A stretch of 64,000 nucleotides of DNA from the human T2T-CHM13v2.0 reference genome, Homo sapiens, in NCBI RefSeq assembly GCF_009914755.1, contig NC_060932.1. One strand, written 5' to 3'. Under the pieces are notes generated by a model. That model did no database searches and had not been told where the DNA came from. It saw nothing but the letters and a program-made list of their open reading frames with translations. Position numbers and translations under genes: made by a program. Below are positions 1 to 32,577 of this stretch, piece after piece. Each line of letters begins with the position of its first letter. Position 1 is the stretch's first letter.

Positions 1-1474
1 CCTTAGTGTCATTTGTGATGCGGCAGTCTAGCACTAAAGCAAGTATTTCAGACAGTAATACTTCATATTGGGAGTTTCCAGGAAACCAGAAAAACAAAGA
101 ACAACATAATTTTGGTGGTGTTTTTTTTTTTCCCCAAAAAACCATACTTCTCATTAGAAGAATGAAGACTTAGCCCATCTATCTCTGTTTTCCTATACCT
201 TTTTTTCTAACAGTTTCTGATTTGTTTATGGCAGAAATCAAGGCACTCTTAGGGAATGGAATCTGCCTGCATAGATTGCTCCATTAATAAAAAGATAGGA
301 AGGAGATAAAGGATCTCTGAATGGGTTGTGAGTAAAACCTGTGAAAGAAGGGGGGAAAAGTCTCTAGTAACTGTCTTTTCCTGATTGTTGTTGAACTCAA
401 ATCGGGTATTAAGCACCTAGATATCCTTATGCTCCTTTCTCTTCCAATCCCAGGATTAGAAAAGATCCTGTCTTTGGAAATTTCACTGATGAAAGTCATT
501 CCATGTGACAGACTGCAGAGCTGCTAGTACCTTATGCCTTTTCTCCTTTTCATTAAGGCTGTTACATATATACAATCCACAGGTAGAAACCACTCTTAGG
601 GGCCTCCATAAGCAGGCAGTAGTAGAAATAGTTACTGTAAATCCTTATAAGCAAAAAATAATATTTTATTACGGATGATTATTTAGGAATGGCTTCACTA
701 TTGTCTCAAAAAGCAGAATGATAAAGCAAGTTTCCTTGACAGAACCATCACAAAATTATATACAGTATTTCACTGGTTCCCTCTGAGCTGTGGAGGAATC
801 AGCCAGAGTAGAGAGGTAGGTGGTCCTGGTTCAAGAAAACCTGAGTAAGTTTTAGAGCAGCACTAACTCTTAGAGGAGGTTAAGTTTGAAAATTCGGTTG
901 AATTCTAAAGATAAAGTTATCCCTTCCGTTCTGTAGCTGTTTTAATGTAAACAACAACTTCCAAGATGGCTGGACCCTGCCCTGGGTTTGCTCGAAGACT
1001 ACTTTTCCTGTCTAGGGCCATGATTAAACAGACATTTTAATTGCTGTCAAAGTTCTGCAGTTTTGGTGTTTTCAAAGTCTCTTCTGTTTTATTGAATGTT
1101 TCCCCCTGTGTGTGCTAAAGATACTGGAAACAGTTACATTGTGTTTTCCTTCACAGGACCTTCCTTGTGGAAGGCCCACAGGGACCTTCTTTTTCTGCAA
1201 CTTCTCCCATTTAGGAAAACAAAAACAAAACAATTCCTCAGGCATGTCAGGACTCCTTTGTAAACTTTTCTGAAATGCCATTTTGAAAATGATGCTTCAC
1301 ATGGACCAGGTTTCTCACTTTTAGTGACATACATATCACAGGACATTTAAATCGATCAGATGATTATTTCTTTTACAAATTTGAAAACTCATCTAATGTA
1401 AGTTCAAAACATATATCCTTTTTTTATTTCCGTGTTCTGAATGTTTAGAGCAAAAGCAAAACAATAAGCCAAGG

Positions 1475-1476
<2 letters not shown>

Positions 1477-1514
<38 letters not shown>
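1477..1514. repeat. (TG)n microsatellite
   Basis: Perfect GT dinucleotide run. Confidence 0.95.
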
Positions 1515-1516
<2 letters not shown>

Positions 1517-2255
1517 CTTTAATAGAATGATAAAACAAAAATAGCCTCCGTTTTCCTTAAACTCTCAAGGTGACACTTTGGTTACAAGTAGAGGCATTGC
1601 TGATTTGCTGGTCTTTTGTGACTGGATATTGATTGGCAAGGTAAGAATTGCTTATCACACTCTGATGAGCTTGATACTGCTCCTTGCCTAGGAGTAAAAG
1701 ACTCAGCCTCTCCAGGAACATCAGTATTTTTTATGTCTTTCATTGCCTTTTTTGGTTCTTCCATGAACAATTCAATGAAGCAAGTTTCTCTCAATAGCAA
1801 AGATTTGCCTTCTTAAGATTAGCTTTCTTTGCCATCCTGATAACTTAGGGATGATTTCCTGACATTGTTCAAAATAGGAACAGAGAAACCCTTATTTGTT
1901 TTGTCAATAGACTATTATTGAATGTCATTAAGGAGCAAGGGAAGATTTTTAAAAATTGGATAATTTCGGGGCCTTTTTTGCCTTTTGGCATTGTCCCTTA
2001 GATCCTCTTCCCTCTGAGTGCTTTAAAAACACACGGTTTGAGGCACAGCTGATCTCTATAGGAAAAATATTATAAGCCATGCCTGCATGAGACACAGCTG
2101 GACTTGCTGTTCATGGTCATTATTCAGGAGTCTCTCCAGCCTCAGAATGAGTAAAGCTAAAATCTGCTCCCTCTACCCTGCCCTATTTTATGTAAATATG
2201 GTAGCTGATCTCCAAAATTTTCAACTGTACCATATCTATAAAGTTTAACCTTTTA

Positions 2256-2581
<326 letters not shown>

Positions 2582-5500
2582 GAATTTTCATCCTGACCAA
2601 TCTGGGTGACCAATCAATTAAATTGGTTTAGGAAGAGCTTGCCCTAGATTGGTTGATTTCATAATTTTTCTTTTTATTAATTATTGGGTTTTTCTCTCTG
2701 ATCTCTGCATTGAAAATTATTTCCTAAGCCATAAAGACTTGTTGAGGTACCATTCTAGAATCCCCAATATTTATTCTAGTTGTTATAGTAACAGTGGAAC
2801 CCAAGTTTCTCCTAAAGCATTACCCAGCTTTCCTTGCCCAGGCAGAAAAGATGGCAGAGGGAGGGTGAACCCAGGGCCCATCTGTGGGTATGGGCTCCAA
2901 TTTCCTAAATTGTTTGTGGTTATAACCATGGCTTCCACCTTGTCTGGCACCGGGTCCACATCTTTTCTGAGACCTGCTAGAAGGTGAGTAAAGGACAGCC
3001 TAGGAAGGCCCAGCAGTGGATTGAGGAGGGTCGGGTTACCTGGAGGACGGGTCCCAAAACTGGCTTGCCACAGTCCCTTTCAGTATTGCTGTGATGAGAC
3101 GCCTGGAGGAAAGCTGTCAGAGCAGATGTGTGTAGAGGAAGAAAGTTGTGTAGTCGAAGGACAGTGTTGTTTACTCTTATCTTGAGTGTGAGTAGAGAAC
3201 TGTATTAACAATAGGGCTTTGTGCCATTGACAGAGTGTGAAAGAGGGAGCCTATATTACATTGGGGTTTGGGACCTGACCTGCCTATATCTAGCCAGCGA
3301 GAGTGAATGGGGTCAGTGTTAGCTGCCTTCATCTATGCAGTCACAAAGGTAAAGATGATACTGGAGAGTATATTCCCTCCCGGGAGGCCTTGGCCTCACG
3401 CCCCTGCCACCTTGGCAAGACCTGCTAAATAACACCTTTGTCTGAGACAGGGTTATGCATCATCTCCTCTTCTATGCCCTCATGGCAAGTCTAGGTGGCT
3501 TAAGATTAAGAAGTGAGGACATGGAGGCGGACTGTCCCTCTGAGCAGCTCTGAAGTAGGGCCAAGCACACTGCCTTCCAGTAAGTTCTTGCCCACATTCC
3601 TTCACTCCCTTGACGTAGATGTCTCCAAATACTCTTAACATGAAATGCATGTAATGAGGAGCAGGCCTGTCATAGATCTTGATTTGGGGCAATAAAGATG
3701 TGTTTTTGTCACAGAACTTTTTGAGGATGACACTGTAAATCCCTAACTTTTATTTTCTCAGTGCATGGTGACCCCCATAGCTGTTTTTCCCGATAGTTCT
3801 GTCAGCAGGCATTTTCCAAGAAGGGGCCCCAGTATTCCTTCCTAAATGGTGAGGTGGTCAAGACGTCAGACCAGTTGGTGGTGTGATATTTTTTCAAGGT
3901 TCTGAATGATGGATTATTTGCTTGTGCTTAGAGATTGCCTACTTTTTCTTGCTTTCAGTTATGTTAAAGAAGGCGAGGGAAATGTTACTTATTGGCCGAA
4001 ATCATCTAATGTCTTTTTTGTGAACAAGAAATTAATTTGTTAGGACTTTTGTACTATAAATTAGAGGTAATCTTAAGATTTAAAAAAAGAAGAAAACACC
4101 CTTAAATGATAACTTTATTGGCTCCCTGTGTCTTTATTTCCTGTATTTCCTGGTGGAGGTACTTATATTTGGCTTTTACTCATTTAATAATTCCAGACCC
4201 CAGGAGAAAGCCTGGCTTTTGATGTCTGGTCTGGTCTCTGATGATAACAAGGAATTCCCCTCCCAAGGGAGGGAATCCCATCACAATAAAAAGGACCTCT
4301 CTCTTTCGTCTCTCCAGCCCTTTCATTTTAAAGCAGCTATGGTTGGCCACAACGTGTTTCTGTTTCTCCCAACTCAGAATCCACTCCCCAACCCTGGCCT
4401 CCTTCTTACCCAAGTCCCAGCCCCCTCTGCAGCTTCTCCAATAGAGGCCACTACTTGAAGAAAAGGAAGAAAGACATCCCAGAAAACATACATTGTTTAC
4501 CAAGGATAAAAATAGTTTTGTACTCTTGTAATTTAATGACTGTGCGTGTGATCCTAATAATAGACATGGTGAATTCCATCTTGGAGAAGCCAAGGCAGCC
4601 AAAGAGGATTTGAATGTGGAGTTGGCCTACCAAGAACGGGAAGTGTCAGACTAGCCTTTTCATGCCTCTGAAAAGTAGAAATATCATGAGGTGCTGTGGA
4701 TTCACAAGGAAAAACAAGCTCCCCTGGGCAAGTGGGGAATTGGGGATAGGGAAAGAGCCAGGGCCCTGGAGAGGAAAGTGTGTCAGTGAGGGGACTCTAC
4801 AGGTTATGGCAGTAGAGGTAGAAAAGCTAAATCCAGCACTGCCAGGTCCAAGTGAGGTGACTTTTACACTAAATACAACCACATTAAGGGCCACAGTGCA
4901 GTTTACAGGCCAGAAAACGGGCCCAGGTTTCTAATTTCCAATAAGCTGAGTAGCATTGGGTTCTTTGTTATCCCAGTGGCATCCTGATGTAGCAATGTCC
5001 CTACACCTTAGCTAAACCTTCAGTAAAATTAGGTAAGATTTGCCCATATTTCTGGAATTGTGGAAAGATTTTTAATAGCCTGGAAATGAAGGACTTCAAT
5101 GCAAATTCATATTAACCTGTTGCTCCATCTAGATCTGTTCCTCACTTTGTTGCCTGCTGCATGTAATTGCATGGTCTTGCCTTTTTTTTTTTTTATCACA
5201 ACTTTCAGGCTTTAGAAAGAAAATGTAATTTTGATACAGTAGATGAATAATTTAATGGTAAATGAAGCAGACTTTTTAATGTTGATGCTATTAAGGCGAA
5301 GGTTCATCATAGAATTCAAGGAGGTGGGAAGACAAGGTTCTTCTTTGTTTGGAGGCCAGAGCCGTACTTTATGGTATCCACTGGGCCAACAGATCAGCCC
5401 TCTTATCCTACCCATCGCAGTCTACCTGAGCTGGGAAAGAAGGCTGATGCAGACCTAATTTCCCAGCTCCTGGGTCTGTGCCCTCCTTTGTGGCTGAGTT

Positions 5501-7806
5501 GACTTGGCTTGGTTTTCCCTCTGAGGTCATCACTTACTTATCCTTCCCTTATAAAATCTACTTTCTAGACCTGACAGCCACTTGTTTGTTTCATCTTTCC
5601 TGAGAACTAAGAGAGGTTCACCCAGCTCAGTTCTTCTCAAAGACACCCCGTCTGTGCATTGTGCTTGTTTGCTCATCCATGAAAAGAGGAAGAGAGAACA
5701 GCCGTGGATGTGATGTCAGTATCAAAACTTCCTTGAGGACAGGCGGGATAAATTGGGCAAACGGCTGAGTTCTCCCGCAGCCTTTGGGAGATTGGCCCTG
5801 AGAACCCAGAATAGATGCCCATTATACATCATGCGTGTGCTATGGAAAGGTCTGTGCCAGGCAAGCCTGAGAGCCTAATTCGCTATTCCTATGGGGTTCC
5901 ATGCACCCATCCTGGCTGTCAGGCCCCAATACCCATCATACTTGACCTGTACTGGGTATTTTTTCACTCAGATCCCTCACTCTACAGTGACTCTACCAGA
6001 AATCTTGAATTCCAGATGAGCCACGTCATGCCATTGTCAGCATAGGAGGCCCTTTGAAGCCCCACAATGGGTCATTTGCACTCCCTTCTTCTGCCTGCTC
6101 CTGTTCCCATGAGTGGTTGGCATGGAAAGGGCCATCAGTAGAACTTGGCTGGCAACATTTGCAGGAGCAGGAATCAACAGAGGACCCAGGAGAAAGGGAT
6201 GGAGCCCAGGGCATGAAACATAGTCCAGATTCCTGCTGGTATGTCCATGTGACTTGGTTTCAATTCCTCACCATTGTGTCACTGTGGCCTTCTAGAGAAG
6301 TCCAAACTGCTGGGAATGGGCAGTGCTTTCTGCGCTAACCCCTTCTGGTCTGACTGCTCAGCTTAGAGGAAGGAAGAAAACACTCAGAATTCTGAGAGCA
6401 AAACCCCCCAAAAAATCTACTCAAAGCACCTGAAGTTCATCCCTGGGGAGGAGAAGAAAGGAAGAGCAGATGCCCTGTATCTCCATGGGGGTACTGAGGC
6501 ACAGAGCTAGGGCCGCCTAGCTGCCCAGGGTAGATCTCAGAGGGTGACTCATCTGAATTGCCGATTCCCAGCACCAGAGCAAGGCGCTCCTCAAGAACTG
6601 AGTCCGGGTTCATGTCTTCTGGGACCCCTGGCTTCCCTTTTCCCACTTGAGAACTAAAACTGGGTGCTCTGCCCACCCCGCTCACCCCGCCTTCACTTCA
6701 GTGCTCTTTCCCCTCATTTGTCATCCTTGGTGACAGAGATTGCTTTTCAGAGTGACCCGCATTCCACCGCCTTCTCCCCCTCCCTGTGAAGAGCCACATT
6801 TACTGGTAGTCCCGTGGCTAATCCTCCCCTGCAGGGGGGTGGGGGTTGTGGACAGACCCCTGTTGACGGTGATGTTGGGGACTACCCACAGAACAAAAGG
6901 TGCAGCCTCAAGGGCTTGAGCGGGGAATACTGATGCCTGGGATCAGGTAGCTGGGAAAACAGGGCAGTTATGTAACTGTGTTTACTGTGGCTCAGGTGGC
7001 TCTGAGAAGGCAGAGGCAGCCCCTGACAAAGGGCAGTGCCAGAGGTGGGGAAGCCGCGACTTGCAGGGAGGGAGGCCCCTCTTAGACAGGGGAGTCGTGC
7101 ATGCAAAGGAGAGAGTGCAGTGGGATTTGGAAAGGAAAGGAATCTGTTCTGTTGTTGACAGCCAGCCGGCCAGCCGCCTTATCTAGGACAATCTTCCCAG
7201 CCTCAGCCTCTCCCTAACCGTGCCAGCTGTGGAGGCAGCAAGGGGAGCTGACGCTAGAGGGAGGCGTCGGGAAATCAGACACCTGGTTCCTGGCTCAATC
7301 TCCAAACCCTGCTACTTTTCCCCCCTTAATCTACTTTTCAAAGAGAAGGAATTCTTCTCTTTAGATAAGGGCAGAAAGGGAGGAATCAGTCAAATTTCCT
7401 TATGTTTTCCCTGCCCTGTGGCCCACTGTCTCCCATCCTCTCGGCTGTGAGGCCAGATGGGCACCACGGAACATGGTGGATTCTGACCTGAGAGAGGTGA
7501 TAAACCCGGCAGAGCCCAGGCCTAAGTAGACAGGCAGAAGTCAAAGCGGCTCAGGAAGAAAGCTCAGGTCTCCCGTAGACCTACCCCGCCTCCTCCTGCA
7601 AAGCTGTTTACTCAACGCCCGATTCCCATAGAGATGAAACTGGTAGCCAGTCCCCAGCTCCTTACCCATGGCTGCCACCTCCCTTTGTGAGAAACAGGAA
7701 GTGGGGAACTTTGTCAGCTCTGCTGCACCCTCTACACTAAATATTTATCTTGGAGTCCAGGTCAGAGCCCTAGAGAATAAGAGAAGCTTGCTGCTGGTGA
7801 GGGGGT

Positions 7807-7913
7807 ATGGCCAGGATTCCTGGAGTCGGAAGAGCTTCAGCTTCACCATCTTGGGAGAAGAAGGAAGAAAGTGAAAGCGATGTGGTCCTTCTTAGTCCCA
7901 AGGACCCTGACAG
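7807..7913 (+). CDS. SORBS3: Alternative upstream coding first exon of SORBS3 (N-terminal extension)
   Basis: ATG..MARIPGVGRASASPSWEKKEESESDVVLLSPKDPD-ag|GTGGGA; phase 2 joins exon 12306 in frame; resembles recalled mouse vinexin-alpha N-terminus. Confidence 0.7.
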
Positions 7914-9009
7914 GTGGGAAAAATGCGTGTCTAAGAAAATGGGCACCTATTTTATCCCTGAGGGAGGGAAGAGGCTACCTGGCGTGGATAAGAAGGTTTC
8001 TAAGCTTCAGGTTGGGGGGCAGTGCACTGCTGCGTCCCTCAAGAAGTGTCCCAGGGTTCCCCCACTGCTCAGCTGTCCTCCACAGCAATGCCCCTGCCAT
8101 CCCCATCTCTCCGCCTTCCTGGAGAGTCAGAGGTTCTTGGAAGGAGTCTTCAAGGTCATCTTGTTCAGCTCCCCGCTCAGTGCAACAGTTGCCTTTACAT
8201 AGATGCCCCACAACTGGCAGACTCAGAACCCCTGGAATCATGTAAAAATTTGTCCTGGGAAGCCTTGGACCTGCTTCCCTATGACGTGTCCCCCAGTGGT
8301 CCCACTGCTGCTGGTGCAGCTGTGTGTCCACATGGCAGCCCCGCAGGCGCTAGAGGCCAGCAGGCCTATCTGAAGCTTCTCAACCCAAACATCTCCTCCA
8401 GCTTTCACATGTGATGTTTCAAGGCAACGGGGAGAGCTTCTTTACCAGAACGAGGGAGAAGATAAGACTAAAGCAGTAATGGTGGTAGGGACTGAAAATC
8501 ACTTAGTCTTTTCTCTACTCTCTTTCTTTCCAAACTTTGAGTTGAGTGGTGAGCTTGGAAAACACTCCAAAACTCCTCGTGGCCTCTGGCACCAGTCTGA
8601 CACCCAGTAGGAATGCAGGAGATTACGTTAGTTTTCATAATTTAGCATTGATCACTCCCAGCTCGTAGCTAAAGTTGATCAGTAACTGTTGGTTGGTTGG
8701 CTGGTTTGGGGCTTGGGGATCCCTGAGCCAACTCAAGGGCCAGAAAGGATTCCAGAGTGTTTCCACGGTCCTTCAATGTTCCTTAAGCATTCCCACTTTC
8801 TGAAGTGCCATACAGAGGCTTGGGGCAGAGACAGGGAGAGGGGATGACCAGAATGGATGGGGAGCCGGAAGGGCCGGGGCTCTGGGGACCCAGCTCAGAG
8901 CAGCGAGAACAGCGGAAAAGCAGGCAGATCAAAACAAACACAGTGTCTGGGAACACCAAGACCCTCCTAATCCCATCCCCGCCAAAGGGACCCCACCCTT
9001 ATCCTCTTT

Positions 9010-9960
9010 AGGGGCGCGGCACGCCCGGGGGGCCGCTCCCTTGGGCTGATTTCCTCCCTGTGCTTGCACGTGTGTGAGCGTCCCCACGTTTGCAGTGTAC
9101 GCGCGCGTGTTTGTTTGCACACGACCGGCCGCGCGCCGCCGCAGGCACACCCTCTCCCCCAGCGCGGAGGGGCGGCGGGGCCTTCCCCTGGTCCGCTCCG
9201 CCACTCTGCCTGCGGGGCGCCCTCATCTCGCTCCCGGCCTGTCCGTCTCTCCCGGCTTGCCCAGTTCACCACTCCTGCCCCCTTGTCCTGGCTCCGCCCG
9301 GTTCATCGCTCCTGCCCCTGTCCTGGCTCCGCTGCGAGGCCGCTCGCTTCCCACACTCTGGAAATGTCGCTGGAAACTCTGAGTGGCCCGTGTCGGGCCG
9401 CCCGACCCCTCCCCGACGCCAGCCCTGCGGTAGGGGCCGGGATGGCAGCTGGGAAACCAGAGAGGGCTCCCCGGGGACCCTCGGCGGCCCCTCCCGGCGC
9501 CGCCTCCCCGCCGGCCAGGCCTCCTCGGCAGGGGGCCACCAGTGTCCCCGCGCGCGCCCCGACGGACGGAGAGCACTCGCACGTCCCTCCTCTCCGGCCC
9601 AGCCCCGGCCCGCAGTCCAGATCCGAGACCCAAACTCCGCCCGCCCCGCCGCGCGACTCTCACGGTCCGGCCTCCGGCGCGCGCCCCTTCGGCCTCCCTC
9701 TTCCTGCGCCGGCGCCCGGCCCGGCCCGGCCCGTCCTGACCCAGTCACGAGGGCCGCGACGGCCCGCGCTTCTCCTTGCCCTTCCTCCTCGAGCGCCCGC
9801 GCCAGGCAGCAGCCGGGCAGGGATGCTCCTGCGCTCCCGGGCGGCCTCGGGCCCAGCCACCTGCTCGCCGGGGAAGGTAGGTCCGGGCAAGGAGGGGCGG
9901 GGAGTAGGCGAGGCCGGCGGGAGGGATCCGTGCCCAACCCCAGGGAATCGCACCTAGCCC
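9010..9960. promoter_or_regulatory. SORBS3: CpG island / SORBS3 promoter with non-coding exon 1 (donor after 9876)
   Basis: Very high GC and CpG density, GC boxes, donor AAG|GTAGGT at 9876/9877. Confidence 0.85.
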
Positions 9961-12360
9961 CTCCCCGGGGTCCGCGTCCCAAACTCTGGGAAGTACCTCC
10001 CACCAGCCCTCATACCAGAAAAAGCGAAATTCAAGAAAAGCTGTCCTTGTCCACGTGGCCTTGTCGCTGAGAAATACCTGGGAAAGCTCTTAGGGCCAGG
10101 CACCCAAGGTCAGGGCAGTGTTCAGAGCAGGGAGGCCAGTGCCCACCCCAGCAGAGCCGCCTCCCCTCTCCCGCTCCAGGGGCCTCTCCCCGCTCCCGGG
10201 GCTGGCTGCCTGCCTGGAGGGGCGGTCTGAATTCTGGGAGGACCCCTCCGCTCTCTGCTACATGGGGGACCAGTCCCCAGATGCTGCCCTCTTCCTTGTA
10301 AGTCCTCCCTAAGTCTCCTGACCTGGCTGCCAAGAGAAGGACTCGGACCACCCTTCCCTGGAGGTTCCTGTGGTGGGGGGCGACACAAGGGGCAGGGTTG
10401 AGAAGGGGCAGATGGGGGCACCAAGGGTAAGCAACCTCTGACTACGGGTCGTGGGGGACCTCCTGCCCTACCCATCCTCCAAGAGAGCAGTTCTCACTGA
10501 GCACGAGGTGGGCGGGGAGGTCAGGGAAGGAAGGCGCTGTCAGCTGATGGCCCAGGCGGCAGCTGCTGAGCTGCAATTTGGCCCGAAGCAGTCAGCTGGG
10601 CAGGGAGGGGTGCTGCGAGGAGCCGACCAGCTCCAGGTCTCCTGACCTTCCACCCCACCCTGCCTCAACTCCCCCCCGCAAGGGGAGGTGGAGTGTGGGG
10701 ACTGGGGTGTGTCTGCCTGTTTTGCTTTGGTGGGAGTCCTAATTGGACCCAGCTGGGGAGCTGCTCCTCCTCCAGCCTCAGCCCTCCACTCCCCCCAGTC
10801 AGGCATGGGCACAGAAGAGCTGTGTCGCAGCAACTCAAATGTCAGGAGTCCCCACAAACTCAAACCAGAGACAAGGAGCTGCCCCCAGCCTTGGCTACAC
10901 CCTCGCTAGCCCTGGGCAGGAGCTGGGTCCAGGGGCTGAGTCATCCCAGCCTTATTCTACCTTCATCCCCTCTGGGCCCCCAACTCTTCCACTGCTCACA
11001 TGACTGCACCTCCCACCACTGTTCAGCTGACACCCCTCTGTACCCACAACCCCCATGCAGCTCATGTGGTCCCTCCGGTGGTCCCCCCAGAAGTCATATT
11101 CGCAGCTCTGCACCCAGATTCCAACACACACATACACACAGCTCCTCCCGATGCATTTGCAGCCCTCCCTGAGAGCCCCCAAGGACCCCACAGGCACAGG
11201 CAAACCTGATTCCATCCAGTCCTGGGCAGTGGCAGAGCTTGGCTGTTTCTGGTCCAGTCCAGCAGCCAAGACGCGGAGGGATGGACGCCGTAGCACCGTG
11301 CTCTGGGTCAAAAAGCCCCCTTGGACACCCCAAACTGGGAGCCCCTTTTTGTCCTCTTGCACCCCCACTCTGGGCTCCCCTCTTGCCCCTCCATTCCCTG
11401 GGTGCCTAGGGCTCCCTTCCCCTTCCCCAGCCTTGGGATGAGGCAGAAGAAGCTGGCTGTGGGCAGGCATGGTGCTGCCAGGGAAGACCCTGCACTCACA
11501 AAACAGCCTGGAGGGGCGGGAGAAAGTGGAGCCAGGGAGCGCGTGTATGTGCGTGCACATTTGCCCACATGCAGAACACCCCAGGGCACTCAGCACCAAC
11601 TCTCCATGGGCATGAGCAGGTTCAGCTCTGCCCTCACCCACCGCTTCTGTCTCCACCCACCCGGAGCCCTCTGAGTCCTCATTCTGTGAAGGAGGCCAAA
11701 GAAGGGCCCGATGCTCCCTGTGAGCTCGCAAGAGTGGGTCTTGCTGCCTGGAAATGCCCCCGACGCTCCCCTTGGCCCTATTGGGCTTAAGGCCCTGCTG
11801 ACTGCTTCCTGGAGGGCAGTGGGCGGGTGGCTGAGTAATCCCTTGTGCCCGCAGGCAAGAGATGCCCACACGGCCTGGGGGAGGCAGAGGGAACTGAAAC
11901 AAAGTCCTGTGTTCCCAGGCCCCCTCTCTGCCGGCTGCCCCACTTCCCCTGCGCCTTCCCTCCGGGGGAGTGGGGAAGCCAGCTGCACCCGTGCAGGGAG
12001 AGCCCCACGGGCTCCTGGCCAGCCCCTCCCCTCCTCCTCACCCAAGCTCCCCCTCCCCCACTCCCACCCGGAGCTCCTGCCCTGGGCCTAACAAGTGGTC
12101 CATTGTGCCCCTGGGAGCCGGCAGGCACGGGCAGCCTGCAGGCGGGTGCCTGGCGTGGCCTGTTTCCTGGGTCCTTGAGCTAGTACCCAGCTGGTCCTGA
12201 CCCCCTCCCACAGCCGGCCCCTCCTCCCCTATCCCAGGGTCGAGCCAAGAGGGCATGGGCAGCCTAGCCTAGCAGGGCTTTCCCTTCCTTCCTCCTTCCC
12301 CACAGAGGACACGCAGAGGAGCAGCTGGCTTGCCCGGAGTCCTCCCACCTTGACCCAAGC

Positions 12361-32577
<20,217 letters not shown>

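Noticed and set aside
1-250. PPP3CC coding sequence
   Set aside because: The expected neighbour, but no calcineurin coding sequence is visible in the window.
4655-4667. Minus-strand RGMKR resembling GFRA1/2 KRGMKKE
   Set aside because: Too short and sits at an exon start; not counted as evidence for the pseudogene.
6882-7106. Possible signal-peptide first exon of the pseudogene
   Set aside because: No clear ATG plus hydrophobic core, and the donor phase is ambiguous.
9064-10070. Long overlapping ORFs (245-326 aa) on both strands
   Set aside because: CpG-island composition lacks stop codons; the Pro/Arg/Gly/Ala-rich products have no domain.
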